Part shown: one piece after another, positions 38,128 through 52,900 of the stretch
How the letters are laid out: every line of letters begins with the position of its first letter
Numbering within the stretch: position 1 is the first letter of the stretch
From: Basidiobolus meristosporus CBS 931.73
Lineage: Eukaryota; Fungi; Basidiobolomycota
Reading direction: 5' to 3'
DNA: 64,000 nucleotides
Assembly: GCA_002104905.1 (NCBI GenBank)
Contig: MCFE01000391.1
Location: forward strand, 1 to 64,000
The notes under the pieces: model-generated
Database searches by the model: none
The model's input: the letters and a program-made list of their open reading frames with translations, nothing else
Told to the model about the DNA's origin: nothing
Position numbers and translations under genes: made by a program

Positions 38128-38235
38128 GGCCCGATAAGCAATCGTTTAGTATTACACATTTTGTTGTGATTCGCTTCTTCCTCACCTGCTAGCAATTCAC
38201 GCCTACCTAGTCCTTCCTGTACACCGATACTCAAG

Positions 38236-39278
38236 ATGTCCTGCCCTTTTGATTCCCAACCTTCTCATTACGAAGGTAGCTTGGACTTCGCCAATTTTTG
38301 TTCGGACATTGAGCCTCTGCTGTTCTCAGGGGTGAACCTTTCTGATTTTAGGGAATCACACATCTCCTCTAGTGATAATTTTGATTCTGCCTCCCATTTG
38401 CCTACGCCATCCCCCCAATCTCCAACCAAATACATGCCGGACAGTACGATGGTTAACCGAAATGAGTATCACACTGACCCAGTCAGCGGTGAATACAATC
38501 ACCTGTGGAGAAGCTCCCCTCTCCCCTCTCCCCCAGAAAGCACCTACGGCCTGGATGGGGATTCATTCGTCTATGTAGCTTATGGCGACAAAGTGACACC
38601 ATTTTCGGTAGAAGACTCATTGATCCTTGAAAACATCCCATCCATACCGTACATGGACGCCATTCAGATGTGTTCGGCCCCATCGAGTGAGAGTTTCTGC
38701 TATGGCGAGCGCTTGCCCGACAAGGGAAATCACACCCAAGCACATTCATGCATCTCGCCCAATGACCTTGAGTCTCTACCCCCTACAAACGCCAGCTCCG
38801 CCGAGAGCGGGTCCCGGAAGTCCTCTCTTGTTGTCGAGCAATTCACCTTGGATCAACCAGTGGTGCTTGAGAGCCCGAAGAGGTCCAGAGGTCGCAAGGC
38901 CTCAACCAAGCAAGAGTCTCAAGGAAGCAGCAAAACCTTTTTCTGCGAATACAACGGGTGCGGTAAGGTGTTCAAACGGGCCGAACACCTGAAGCGTCAC
39001 ATCCGCTCCATTCACACGCTTGAGAAACGTAAGTGGGCAGAATAACCAGGCCAATGAGTAATGCCAATGCTTACCTCTCCTCTTCATCCACCTTAGCGTT
39101 CCCCTGCCCACATCCAAGCTGCACAAAACGCTTCTCACGCTCGGACAACTTGAACCAGCACGTCCGGGTGCACCGAAACTCAAGGGAGAGAGCCACCAAC
39201 CCAAGCTTCAACCACTTCACACCGTACGTCCCATCGTCGGCGGGCCAAGAGCCATTCCAAACGGTTTTCTTGAACTAG
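38236..39278 (+). CDS. Msn2/Msn4/Seb1-like C2H2 zinc-finger transcription factor (exons 38236-39028, 39097-39278)
   Basis: The spliced fingers read [56 protein letters not shown], matching the Msn2-family recognition helices. The intron is GTAAGT...TTAG. Confidence 0.9.
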
Positions 39279-42200
39279 ATCCCTGCAAAGGAACTGCGCC
39301 TCCGCCCCTCACCACCATCAGTCTCTGAAGCCGCTTCTTCACGAACTACCACACAGCAAACGATCGCTACTTTACCAAGTCAACCCTTGTACTTCCTGAC
39401 AAAGTATCCAATAACCGTTTAGTTGCTAATACTCTCGCTATGCCTTTCACTTTGCTTAGTATTGTGACTCGTCGATATGCTTCGGTTCATATCCCTTCCC
39501 CGATGAGATGCTCCAAAACCCTGCCACCTATTTTTTGATATGTATTGTATATAGGCCAATTCGAATAGGTAGACATGTTTCTTCCCTGTATACGTTGTTT
39601 CAATACCGGTTCCCTCCCAAAATGCATCGTTTTATTGGCACCCCCAACATCCTCGCTCTTCATAACTGACCAATAAATTAAGTTTGAGCCTGGCACCTCC
39701 CAACGGATCCGGATTCCCCAGCTACAGAGCGAAGCGATAAACTCAATACCCAGCGTTCCTCGTGACACCCTGCACCCTCTTAGTTCTCAGTGACCTTTTT
39801 GGCATGGACGCTGGAGCAGTCACGATGCGCTACTAAATATATCCGTTTAGTTTAGTTCAAGTGACTTCCATATTTATCCACTCACTCCTACTCTGATTCT
39901 GACGATCAGACACCGCTGTGATCCTGGGTGGTTGACGATGCCATGGTCATTCGCACCAGATTCGTAGATAGAAACCTAGAATGATTGTATCTCCAGCCTC
40001 CGGCCGGCAGGCGTCTTGAAAAGCCTGGTTGGACCTTGAGCCAATGAAGAACCCATGCATTCTTCCTAGAGCACCTCGTCGCCAGCCAGTGTCGGACCTT
40101 GACGACAATCCTCCCGATGAGACAGAGTTGACGACGGGGGTTGCCAATCACTCTGCCAGGGTACTCCGGTATCTTTGTCGTGGAGAAACACTGGATAAGT
40201 GCCTTGTTCCATGCGTATATAGAACAAGCCGGTTTTGCCTGGCGCAGCAAGGTTTTAGAGAGGGCCAATTCCCACTGCATCACCAGCCCAATTGATCTAA
40301 TTGCCCGACCATTCAGCCATTTTCCTGGAGTGCCTTCCCTGAGCACTTCCCTAAATCCTGATCGGGTGGGCTGTTCCCTGCCGCAAGTGGTGCTCGCCAT
40401 CCAGTTTGCCAAGGCAAGCGAACATCTCACGACACCTGAAACGTGCCGAATGATATGTCCTAGCACCGCCCCTTTACTCGATGGGAAATCCCCGCACGAT
40501 GCGGGGATTTGGATGGTTGAGTGGGTGAGCTCCTACCCACACCTTGCTCGTTGCGCTCACGAGCCACCATTTGGTCAGTATGCCGGTTGCTGAGGCAACA
40601 GGATGGCGTACACACCGCCAATCTCCCAAGGGATATTGCCGAGATGCGGCCCGGACGCAGGTAACCGCATAGTAGGCCGGCATGCACAAAGGACCAGATT
40701 GCCCAACCCACCGTGCCCAGCAGTAGCCTACAATAGTTGTGACACATTGGCCTGCACGCAGGTTAATAAGGGGTGAACAAACTCTCTCTGATATCATTAG
40801 CACGGATCAGCGGAACCAATGATGGCAGTGGGTCGAGGGTGTTTCATCAGGTCGTCTGACCTACGCAAATATGCTGGAAGGGAAGATCTCCAAAAAGACA
40901 ACCTGGTCCATTGCTCACCGCCGCTCGATGGATCACGAAGGCTTGGCCCTCAGCTGATCAACGGTAGCATATGTTGATGACTTGCTTGCTGATGGGACTA
41001 TGAGACTCCAAATCGAGTGTCTCAAGATTGGAGTTTTGATGACTATTTCTTCGCACTCGATTGAATACCGAGCCGTGGTTGAGCTTGATGGATTTCGCGC
41101 GATACACAAACGCTGTAATCGGTCACCAAGATCAGTCACGTTGATCGTAAACATGCCACTATCAAAAAGGAAATGGTTGAGATAAATATGTGAGCCTACA
41201 GCATCGTTGTTTTACTCTAAAATTGGCTTGGCTTGAAACTGACAAATCAGGACACCCTGTTCTAATATCTGATGATGGATGGGGCATTTCGGGATTACAA
41301 AACTTAACTCGGTAGACCTCTGTTGGAGTAAGAGTCATACATGTGTCTCGCATTCATACTGATCCAAAGGGTGGTTTTGGTGTATCATATCAGGTCATTG
41401 GCTTGCGAGGCAGCCTCCACTAGCTCCTTTGGGAGAAATTGTGACATGACTAAGCAGAGGTTTATACAGATTCCGTGACTTGCATTTCTTAATCAAAAGA
41501 TTGGATGATGTCTCGTGAGCACCAGTGAGGTCCTATACTGATCAAGTGCAAATACGGCACATCGTTCTTCCTGCGGGAGACTAGTTAGGGAGCTTCGACT
41601 TTCGGTCACGTCTTCGATGCCACCATGCCCTCGCTATTTGCGCATACTGTCTGTCGAGTAAACGGCTACCGGGCAGAGTTGCGTGGGCCTGCCATCAACT
41701 GATCGCCTGGCCTCACATGCGCCCGCCGCGAGGCTGACGTAACAATACTCTGGCCCGGCAAATCCCTGCTGGGTGGTAGAATCCTAGATGTTGCGCAACA
41801 GAGCTAGCAAGTCCGGCTATAGATAATCACCAGATAGTCCTGCATCTCAATCCGGTCAGGCTGCACAGCTGTGCTACATCATGTAATCTAATGGTGTCTG
41901 CTCGTGATATTCGGTGGATCGGTGCCGCGGAGTCTAAGTGCACGATGGTTGGTGCAACTTCATGTATCTCGCCTCCTGCCGCGAGGCTGCATACCAGCGA
42001 TCACCATACTGCAAGGTGATCTGCTAGCTTCCGCCTGCATACTCTTGTTGTGGGGACTTCGTTTGAGGCGGGGCTGAGAGGGATCCGTGAGTGCCATCTC
42101 TGCGAACTTCCAGAGGAGCCCACAAGCAAGCCCGATCAACACCAGCTTTACGGCATGTGTTTTGCTATCTCGGCCGCTCTTCGATCCACGGTCGCCCAGC

Positions 42201-43965
42201 ACTTGCTTAGGAACGAGCCAGGGAAATTCAGACCTCTGAGAATATTTTGAGACTTGATTGTGTGCCACCAGCAATGAAATTGCAATCTCCCGAATATCTG
42301 ATTTCGCCCACACAAGGAGGGGAGGTCGAATCCAACTCATCCCTCACATGGTTCGACGGCGACAGAGTTACGGATCCACGTCTCTCAGATACGTCTCGTG
42401 ATCAAGGCTGATCCCCCATCGCAGTCGAGAGGATCCTGAGAATCAACCCAATCCTCCCATTGCGTGTTATCAGTAGAAACGTACGGGGTCACGAGCAGAT
42501 CGAGATCGCAGCAAGTACGTATAACTCTGCCCAAAGTGGAATATCTTATGCACGTTAATGAAATTTAATAAATGACCATCGGGCGTGTCACTTGAAACAG
42601 TGTTGGCTCTCATCAGCCAACCGCTACCAGCTGCCGGTTTCAGTATGGAGCACTCACCTCAGACTAGAAGATAACGCCAAAATAGAAAGGTAAATTCCGA
42701 ATTGCCCGCTTTTAAACATCCATTTTGATCCATGAAATGCCCTATTGTGGAAAGACCAATGATGGTGCCGCCACACTTGATATTGTCAATATTGAATCAT
42801 TTCCTGTGATTCCTATGATCTGATCGCACTCATTCAGTAGGTGGGTGTTGTGCCTCTATCTTGGATACAGGATACAGTTTCATGCTCTATCTATGTTTCT
42901 CAAATATTCCGTGCACCAATCAACGGCACAGGGACTGGCAACCGAATCGCTCATGTTGCTCAACACCAATGCTATCTATCCCAAGCTCTAGATGGTTGCG
43001 TATTAAACCTAAATGGCGAAACCGCTGGAGTCACGGTGAGTAGTTTGGTACACACGCTATATGGAAATGAAATGTTGTGGCATTATTGGCTCGCACTCTC
43101 GTCCAGGCGTACTCAATCCCAGCAAACAGGTTTTGGGATGATGTCCAAGAGATACACAAAGTGTCAAAATAATAATCCATCCAAGCCAAACCTCTAGTAT
43201 TCATCACCCATTTTCCTTGGGCGCCTCCCTCTCTTTGTCCATACATGAGCACATAAGTGAGCTCGTTGGCAACACCATTGCTATCGTCATCAGGCAGCCC
43301 CACTTCGGGGGTCTTAGGTAAGCTCCCAAGCGGGTTGATGGGAGACAGCCCCATGTAAATATAGATTCACTTTACTAACCATTCAGTATCCAATTTACGG
43401 ACATTAAATTGCCTGATCTATCGAATGACAGGCTTTCGGTAATTCACTCATTTATGAATGACATCCTTGAACCTGGATGCTGTGATGTTTAAGCACAGAT
43501 GCATATGCAACACCGTTGTCTAACTAGGTCAAATATAGAAGGTTCAGTCACCAGAAGTTCCTTCGATATACCTTATTTGGGCGGCTACGTTTTCCCCAAG
43601 TGCAAGCCTCGCAAATATCGTTGAGCAAGCATTATGGAATGATGACAATCGCTGTTACCTGTCGCAGTAGTTCACTATCACTTGCAAAGTCCATCAGGAG
43701 CCATTTCTAGTCGGCCCAGCCTCTCGCAGGCGAGCGTCAAATCCAAGTATGTAGATTCCTCGTTTGTAAACTGGTGATGATGTAGATGGAAATCTCCTGC
43801 ACTGCCCACATACTGCCTACCATTACGGTACGGTGGGATTGGCCTAATGCTCAACTTTCGGCCGTGCAGGCACAAATCTATTTGCGCTCTACCAAACGAA
43901 ACTTGAGTCTACATTCCTAATTGCACCTTAGGGAAGATCTATATCCTTTATTGTCCAATACAACA

Positions 43966-46900
43966 TTACAGGAACGGCGACCACCCAGGATAAAGCTGAC
44001 AGAGCAACTCTGGGTTGGAAGCACTTGAAATCAGATATGCTACTTGGCCACTTAAGCTCAGAGAGGTTCCCTCCTCCACACCAGTCAGCTTCTCTTTGAC
44101 GCGGAAGATGGCTCGTTCGGCCTCTTTATTGCCCTCCTCTTCGTTTTTGCGGAAGGTGAAGGCACCGATGCCTGGATCGCTGTCTTGGCTTTGTGTGGAG
44201 TCGCGATGCTCGATTTTCTTGGCCTTCAGCGGGCTGAGCGACCAGTTGTACAATGGATCGTACTTCAACACCTCGAGGATGGTTAGCAGAGCGGTGCTCT
44301 CGTTTCGTAGGACATTCAGTGTTTCCTCGCAACAACGTCGGAACACCCCTTCGATCCCTGTGCATCCCATAGCATCCACAATATCTCGCGTCAGCCGGAA
44401 GGGAACCAGCTCGGGGTATTTCAACATCTTCCCTTGATCAAACGCGATCCCTAAATCAATATGGATCAACTCGGCGGTGTTTTTATCGATCAGTATGTTC
44501 TGCGCGTGGCGATCTCCTAATCCAAGGATGTATCCAGTCATCGAGGTAGAGGCCACACTACGTGTGTACGCCAATCTCCGTTCAAACCAAATTTTGGCAT
44601 CGTGGAAGTTCTCATGGAAGAAATGTCGAAAGACTGGCCGGAATCTGGGAATGATTTTCTTCGAGAAGACCTGATATTTGGACTTGGCATCGGCTCCTAA
44701 AAAAGACCCATCATCAGTATACAGTCAATAGGGTGGTGTGCGTGAGAAATACCTTTACGCTCCAGCTCTTCCATCATCACTTTGCGACATACATTGTACT
44801 TCAAATCCTCTGGGTGATATGCTGCATGCGCCGGCTGCAAGTAGTTCCCGATGGGGATTGTGTCTTTGACCCACTCTAGAAGGCCCGAAACTGGGCTTAA
44901 AGGAATTACGATGTAGGTACGAACCCCAAGGTTGCGCTTTCTGGTCGATTTGTTTTTCCTTAGCATATGATCCACTATGGTGAACACTTGCTCCATCACA
45001 GCGTCCTGGCGCAGATCGTCATTCCCTTTGACCAATTGTTTATAAAGCTGGCCATCGCTGCCTCGACATTCGATTACCTTTGGCATGTTGATGCCGCCCA
45101 CAACACTATACTTTGGAAGGAACTCCGATATATACACAAAGTCGCTGTAGACGCAGTCGGGGTTGACAGGCAAGTTCCGAGTAGGAACTGGCACATGCAC
45201 CAAGTTCTTCAAGGCGCTTATCTTCGAATTTCGGTCGAAGGAGATTTGGGAGTTGTAGATCTTCTTTTTGTCCAGGCTTGAAAGGTCTATCCCTGCTAGT
45301 TCGATATAACCGTAGCAGAGCTTCTCGGTGGAAACGTATTTCTCGCGGACGGACGGGATGGTTTTGAGTTTTTCCAGTATCCGCGTCGCCGCATTGATCT
45401 TCTTCTCATCGATGGTGGAGGCGTCCAACTTTCGGTACCGCTTGGAATGGCTGAGGCCCACGTTTCCGTGCCTCAGTGCAAACAGCTGATAGCATGTGTG
45501 ATGAGGATGATCGATGGCCATTCGCTCTATCAATTTGTTTAAGGCAATCTGGAAAGGATCCTGTTCGATATACCGCAGCTCCCGAGAGTCACAACTTATA
45601 CGAGCAGCAAGCTGATATATAAGCGGTATAAACTTGCGAGTTTGCAGACGAGGAGTGTATTTAGCAATCAGAGAGTTGGCATCGATCTGGGCAGCATTTT
45701 GGAACCAAAGTGAACAGAGTCGGAATATCGACATGTCAAATTGGTCATCGTATACTAAGCATTTTAGATAGTGCTCTATAGCAAGAAGTAGATACTCGAG
45801 ACGATCGTTGAGGGCACGCTGTATCTTCTGTCGGTCCATGTCCACTTGCACTTGTAACTTTCGCATCTGGACTAGGTACATGGGCTGAGAGGATTTTTCC
45901 TTGGAGCTCATTTTGGATAGTGCAGCCTGGCAGGCCTCGAGCTCTTTCTCCTTGTGCTTAAATAAGGCCTGCGAGGTAGCAAACGCTTGCGAGTTCAACA
46001 TTGCCTGGTACTGCTCGTCCACATATTTAGCCAGGTCAAAAAATGCCCTGCCGCCAACAGAGTCATAAAGAGACTGCACTTCAATGTAATCTACTGCTTT
46101 CTTCAGATACTTGTCCATGATATTCTGCGGTTGGTCTACCCTGAGGGAAGCCATCCACTTACCAGCTCGACGAAGCATATCCACGATCTCTTGATTCATC
46201 ACCTCTTTTGCTAGGTTCAAGGAATTCGTGGATACACTATCTATCAGTTCCTGCAAGGAATCAATGGCTGTGCTGTGTTCCTTCTGTGCCCATAACAATT
46301 TGCACTCCTCCAGAGAGATTTTAACATGGCATCGATCGGCGAAGTCATCTTTTCTATCTCTTAGAATAAACTTGTGCTGGGCAATGGCGTTCGCGGCAAG
46401 CTGAAATTGCTTTGCTTTTCGGGCCATCGATGCGTAGCTAAGAATATGATCTGACAAGTGGTGGTTCAAGGTTTGCAGTGTAGCTGAGCCAGTCGACTTG
46501 GAAGTGCCAAGGGATTGGATAACATTATCGAGGGTTACGGTACGAAGCGCCAGTAGTTGTTCGACATCAGAGAATTCTGAGTTTGCTAATAAGCCTTCAA
46601 GTCGTGACTTCCAAGTGGCAAGTATGCTGGAAGAGTTGTTCGGGCTTGCGAGCATGAAGCTGCCTTCCTCTATCTCTAGAAATTGAATGATCGACAACAA
46701 CCCAGAGTGAACGCCCTGTGCATGTGTTCCATGTTGGACCGCGGCTGAGGTTTCTAACAAGGCTGTGGATACTACTTGGTGTACTTTGGATTTGACACCG
46801 TTGCGAATTGCATGTAGTCCGTGATAAAGTAGCTGATGCGAGGCGGTCCGTTGAGTGGGTTGTTCAAGCGATATGGTCTCGATTTCCCAATTGTTGCTTC

Positions 46901-49900
46901 GCCAAGCATTCTCGTAACGTAGATCAAGTATCTTGCTATCCAACTGATCAGTCTCAAGACTCAACCCCCTCAGATAGACATTCATCAGATGGTTGTATCC
47001 TAGATGTTTCAAGGACCCAAGTATTCCCATATGAATATGAGTGTTGGACTCTGGGTTTTCAATGAACATCTCCTCGCGTACGCTCAAACTCTTCAACCAT
47101 TGCCCTTCATGCTCATACCTTTTTATAAACGAGGTGGCTTGCGAAGGCAATTTCACCCCATAAAATCCGTCTGGCTCATCCTGATACTTGTAAGCGCTGA
47201 GCAAGAGTTGGTTGACTTTAGAGAAGTCGAAGTTGCTGGGGAGTTCGTGGGCTTTCTGCACATCATACCAAACCTCCACAAAGATCAAGGAGATCGAGAA
47301 ATCCCCGCATTTCTGAGCAATCTCGGCCATGACCAGATAATCCAAATCAAGCCAAAAATTGTCTTCAAAAGGGTTTCGGCCGTTTGGGATCTTTTGCTTA
47401 CGCAGGAATACCACAATATCGAGGATCGTTACAAGCGTTGGCGTCATGTATTTATCAGGCTGACGGGCAATGTCCATGATCTTGTCTGAGAGTAAGGTCC
47501 GTACGCGCCCAGGCCCTTCCTTGAGCTCATCTTCTAAAATGTTGAAGATCAAGTATGGAATGATATTCTCCGAGAAATCGTGGTTATTCTCACACACTGA
47601 ACCAAGCTGCACCAAAAACTCGTCTTGAACTTCATGGGATATCAAAGAGCACGCTAAATGCTTCACCCACTTCTGGTGATTTCCAAGTGCTAGCTCCCAG
47701 AGCTTGGAGTCCTCTAAGCCAGGGTAGATGCCCGCGATTTGTCGGAACAGTTTAGATTTTCGATTGCTCCTCGGATAGAAGCTCTCTAACATCCGACGGT
47801 TATATTCGCTTACCAATGGGAAGCAGCTGATACCGGAAGAGGTGGCTAGAATATGCTTTAACGTTTTTGCCGTTATTTGGACCGTTACTATATCCACGTT
47901 GGTCAGGAAATCCGAGAGGCAGGAGAGGATAGCTGCTTTGATTCGAAGTTGAATGTCAGAGTCTTCTTTAGCCATAATCTGCTTTGCAAGATATCGGATA
48001 CGATTCATGTTTGTCTGAAGGGCATAGCCTTGCACATTATATGAGGCCAACTGCCCGATACACCTACAACTTTCCAGGAGTATCTGGTTTTGATATACAG
48101 AGGGGAACGCACTAGAGCAGACCTTAAACAGGGCCGATATCAAGGATTGTATGATGTTCGTATATTCAGGGCGTCTCAGGGTTGTGGGAGCCGTCTTCTG
48201 GAGAATCCGATGAATGTGTTTCAAACCAGCGATAAGTGGAGCTGGATAGGCACATTGCCAGATATTCTGGTACATTTGGAGCAACTGCAAGTTGCTGAAA
48301 TCAAGGTAGTATCCCTCAGAGAGCTTCGATAAATCCTTGAATATTTCCTCCTCCGGAAAAGGATAGAGGGTGTTTTCTGAGCTTTCGGTATAAGCAAGGC
48401 CACATTGAACATTTGACACCATGCAGCGATGCAAGAAAGCGACTAGTGACTCGACACGACTCGATATATCATAGCGGTCTTGGCACTCAGAGCATCTTGG
48501 TTCAGAAGTGCTATGGTACATATCGTAGCAGCATTGCGTCAACGAGTTAATAAGCGTGAATAGGTTCAGTGTTAATTCTGGTGACTTGAACGCAAGGACC
48601 TGATCTCGAACAAAGACCAGTATCTCAAACGAGTCGTCATACAACTCCGGTGTTCTGATAAGATTGGAGAAAGTTAGAGTCAGCTCTCGCAGAATGAGCG
48701 GTTGCTGGATATGCTCGGGAGTAAGAGATATTAAAAGGCGATAGGCGCCCAAAAGCCTTTTCTTCTCCAGAACCATCCTAGTGGATTCCACAAATCGACG
48801 CAACCCCAGTAAAATTTTATACATACGCGCAGGCGTGAGTATTGCTTGGACCTCAACCTTGAGCAAATCTGCGATATAGGAGATGCAGTAATATATCGTG
48901 ACCTCGTCACGATTGAGGAAACACGGCTCCAACTGGCAATGGGGCCCTTTAGGCTTGAGTTTCTTGCATCGCATCAAAATCTCGTTGGACTTCAGGATGC
49001 TGGATGCCGGTAGATCATCGTTCACAGTGGATAGCAGGTTCAGTATCATCGCCTCGATATTGCGACGGAACTCGAAATTAAATTGCTCAGGCTCAAATAC
49101 CTGTCGTAGATAACCATCTAGCACATTCGTGAACGACTCTGGATTTTCAGAATACAAAAGTGGGAGGATGTATCCGAATATTCTATCAAAGCAGCTTCTC
49201 AAAAGATCGGGTATCTCAACCGCCAACGTAGTTGCAATAAGTGAGATGGCATCTCGATCATTCACAAGAACAAGTTGAGCCGTAAGTTCATCGCGGACAT
49301 CGCTGCAGAAATCTCTGAATGATTCGTACCCAAAGATGTTGAAGGGAAATTCGAGGATGTCATTGGATTTAACCCACTTCGAAAGGATAAAGGGTAGGAA
49401 CTCGAAAAGCACGTTCCTTGCTTTCGGGCCATAGTTTAGTTCGCATGCGATAGAGCTTAGCGTCCGAGCTATTACTTGGCAATATTGACTATTGTGAGCC
49501 CCAGCACCACCTTCAATCAGATGATGGATCCCAGTTTTGCGTATTTCTGGGCAAATCGTACACACGTTGGACACCGTAATAAGTCTGGTAAGGCCATGCT
49601 CATACAACTTGGGGTGAGAGAGAACATGCGATTTGACGGTCTCGAAAAGCTTTGAAGAATTTTGTTGGCGGCTTCTTTCTAAGGTGGCAGCGTGATCAGT
49701 ATACTGTGGCGATAGCTCTTTGCCCTGGAAGAACCAAGTAATCTTCCGAGAAATGTAAACTCGAACGGTAAAGTCTTGATCCTCAAGCATTTGGAAAACT
49801 AAACCTCGAGGCGTGTATCCATCTTGGATGAGCAATTCGTTGCTTCCGTTTGATTCTAGGTAACTCATGGCAAACCCACATAATTCTAATCGCACTTTCC

Positions 49901-52900
49901 ACCAGAGCATACTCTTTCTCCACTGACGAACAAACCATCCGAAGAACTTTTCTACGCTTCTAACTATCGTCTCATCCTCCAACTGCGGATTCTCTTCCAC
50001 AAGACTCATACTGACGACCATAGCTGGCGTCAAAAGTCGTAAGCATCTTAAAACAGCTATGTAGGCGAGTTGATCTTTCTGGTATCGTAGGTCAACCAAA
50101 ACTTTGCTGCATAATTCGCACAGATCGCAAACAAGACTCTTGCTTATCGCTCTGGAAATAGTGGACGGCTTCAAGCGTTCTAGCCAGTCGCATACCAAAG
50201 AGATGATCTCTACTGGATCTTTGTCGTCTGAATCCGTCACAACAATATGCTGCAAGTGTTTAAGAATCATATCGTGAACTGGCTGCCACGGGCTAGCATG
50301 CTGGGAGAACAAAGGGGGGTCACTTTGAATACGTACGAAGAGCGACTCTTGAATATGCAATAATATCTGGAAAGCATCCAGAAGTAGCCTTCTCCCAAGA
50401 GGGATTGGACGTGTACCATAATATTCAAGTGATGGGTTTGTAGTCACCAAGGTAGGGCCAGACTTAGTGGAGCTACTAGTGGAGTTCACAAACTCATCCT
50501 CAAAATCCATGGTGTTTGATTTCTTTGTGAATCCCTTGTGAGACTTGGCATGGCCGGCAGTTTCCTCAAGTAAAGAGATTTCAACAAGACAATTACAAAT
50601 AAACTGTAGCAGGGTGGGATTCATCAACTGCAATTTCCACAGGGATCCATCAGCCCTGAGAGTTGAGGGCGGCATTAATTCAGGTATCACCACTTGTTGC
50701 CAAACTTGTCGTTCAGCGTAGGCCTCGATGTTTTTAACTTCGAAATGGGTCTTAAGAGTCTGAGTGATTGCCGTTAGATAGTGTGGCTGGCTGGATAACT
50801 GTCGAACTGCTTGATGAAGCAGGCTCCACAACGCATTCATCTCATCCATCAAGGGATCCTGTAACAGCAGCTCATACGTCGTTACCTCCATGTTGACTAG
50901 GATCTTCGCGATCCGATTGAAAAGAGTCGAAATTTGAATGCTAAACATAAGGCTTTGGCACAACTGAGCGAGCAAAGTGGCTTCGAAGGTTTCCGGATCT
51001 CTGATCAAGCGAGAGAATCGTCTGATCCGGCTATGGGTGGTAGAGAAAGTCTTAGCAAACAATGCACAGAGTTCGTGACATAACTTCGGCCCGAATTCTG
51101 AGCGATGGCTACTGGCATCTTTATCGCTTACGTCAGAGGTGTTTTTAGATCTTTGCGTGCCAGTCACGTTCAACGGCCCACTATCGAGAAGCTCCCGCAG
51201 AGCAGTAACGTCTCGTAAACGTTTCTCAAACAAGATATCGGTAGATGCTATCTCTTGTAGTTGGCCAATTCTATAGTAACCCTGGATCTTGATGCGATTC
51301 TCAATCAGAATTTCTTGGTTTATGTCCCGGTCCGACTCGTGCTCTTCGGGAACTTCGCGGTCGGAAAGATATCCTTGTCGTTCAGCATGAGCCTGCAAAA
51401 ACGGCACTATCAAGGCCTCCACGCACATCTCGATATCATTGATTGGCGCGGCCTGGAACGATTGAGTACTATCCTCTGAAGATTGGACGTCAGATACGAA
51501 TCTACGTTGTTGCACCATGTGAGTAAAGATCCACTTAAGCCAGTCGGCATCTCTAGTTTGCTTCGAAGATGAAGCATCTAGGCTATGAGAAAATATATCA
51601 AACGAAACTATAGCGGAATAATTGGTCAATAGAACTATGAGATTATCCGTGAAGTTCCGCTGCTTCGTTGGTCGCTGATCTTCGATTTCAAGCCCACCTT
51701 CTGCCAGGTTCTGACTCAGAAGCAGAGACACGAGTTTAGATATCTCCTTCCGCGAAGAAGTCATTTCCACGCTGGGTACAAGCTGACTGATCATCAAGGT
51801 ATTCAAGATTAAGACTGCGGCTCCACCGACATACAACGAGGTGACCTTTTGTAATGCCTGATGCCACACTCGAATCCACATTGATGAGGAGCTTGATGAG
51901 GCTTCGTATAGTTCGAGTACGTTACATGGCTTTTGAGTTGTTTCCTGAGATGATGCCGGCAGTTTTCGGCATACCCACTTGGAGAATGCCATAGAAGATT
52001 CGGCGAAGGTCTTTAGGCAGAGTAAGCTCCAGAATAAGGTAGTGTGATCTTCGCTAGACAGCAACTCAATCACAAGCTCCGGAATGGAATGTATATTCCG
52101 ACTTGAGCAAGCATTTGCGAGATGTCCCAAAAGAGACGATGGGATGGAGATGATTCTATGAGGATACTTTTCGTTAATTGACATGAAAACCTGAAGTAGT
52201 GAGACTAATAGCCCGCTATTATGTGACGATGTATGCGACAGAGTCTTGATGACTTCGTACAACACGGGAAATGTGTCTGATACAGGTGCATCACTTTTGG
52301 CCCGCTTATTTGATGAAAACTCTTCATGCAGAGCCCGTTTTCCGCTGGACGTTGGGACAGTTGTTGAGAATATTGAGGCAGAATGTAGCTTTTGCTGTGT
52401 CTTGCTATCAGACCCCCGGTCAGAGAGCCATCTCCATTGCTCCACCAAGATGAGCTGATTGAAGACATCTGCGATAAAATCCATGCACACCCAACGCCAG
52501 CCTACCTGGTCGTCAGTGCTCTTCATAGCCCAGGTATATACTTGAGGCTCGCTAGGGCGACTCCTAAATGGAGTATGAGTACCGAAAGTTAACCCCAAAC
52601 TCTCATTGGTCTGAGCAACAGGATGGGATTTATTCCCGGTGGATGGCGCTGTCGAGAGTAAAGAAGTGAAGTTGAAAGAGTACGCGCGGCCAAGCAGCGG
52701 GTTGACCGATTCGTTTCTGCTTTTCGCGAGATCGTCTTGAATGCATCTATAAACATCATACAGTCTATCGAGTGTCTCCTCGTTTAACGAATCAACACTC
52801 AAATGCTCTCCGCCTAGGGTGTGAGGGTCCACGCAGGTGTAGATTTGATTAAACTGGAGACGAGTGAAGCATATAAGCTCCATCTTGACAGCAAGGGTCT

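Noticed and set aside
39906-40803. Overlapping 90-186 aa ORFs on both strands
   Set aside because: No recognisable domain, and they are explainable by high GC content.
32020-41300. CTGATGA motifs as hammerhead ribozyme cores
   Set aside because: None is followed by stem II and GAAA in the correct geometry.
44015-52592. Many short plus-strand ORFs
   Set aside because: All are antisense to the ATM coding sequence, with no independent motifs.
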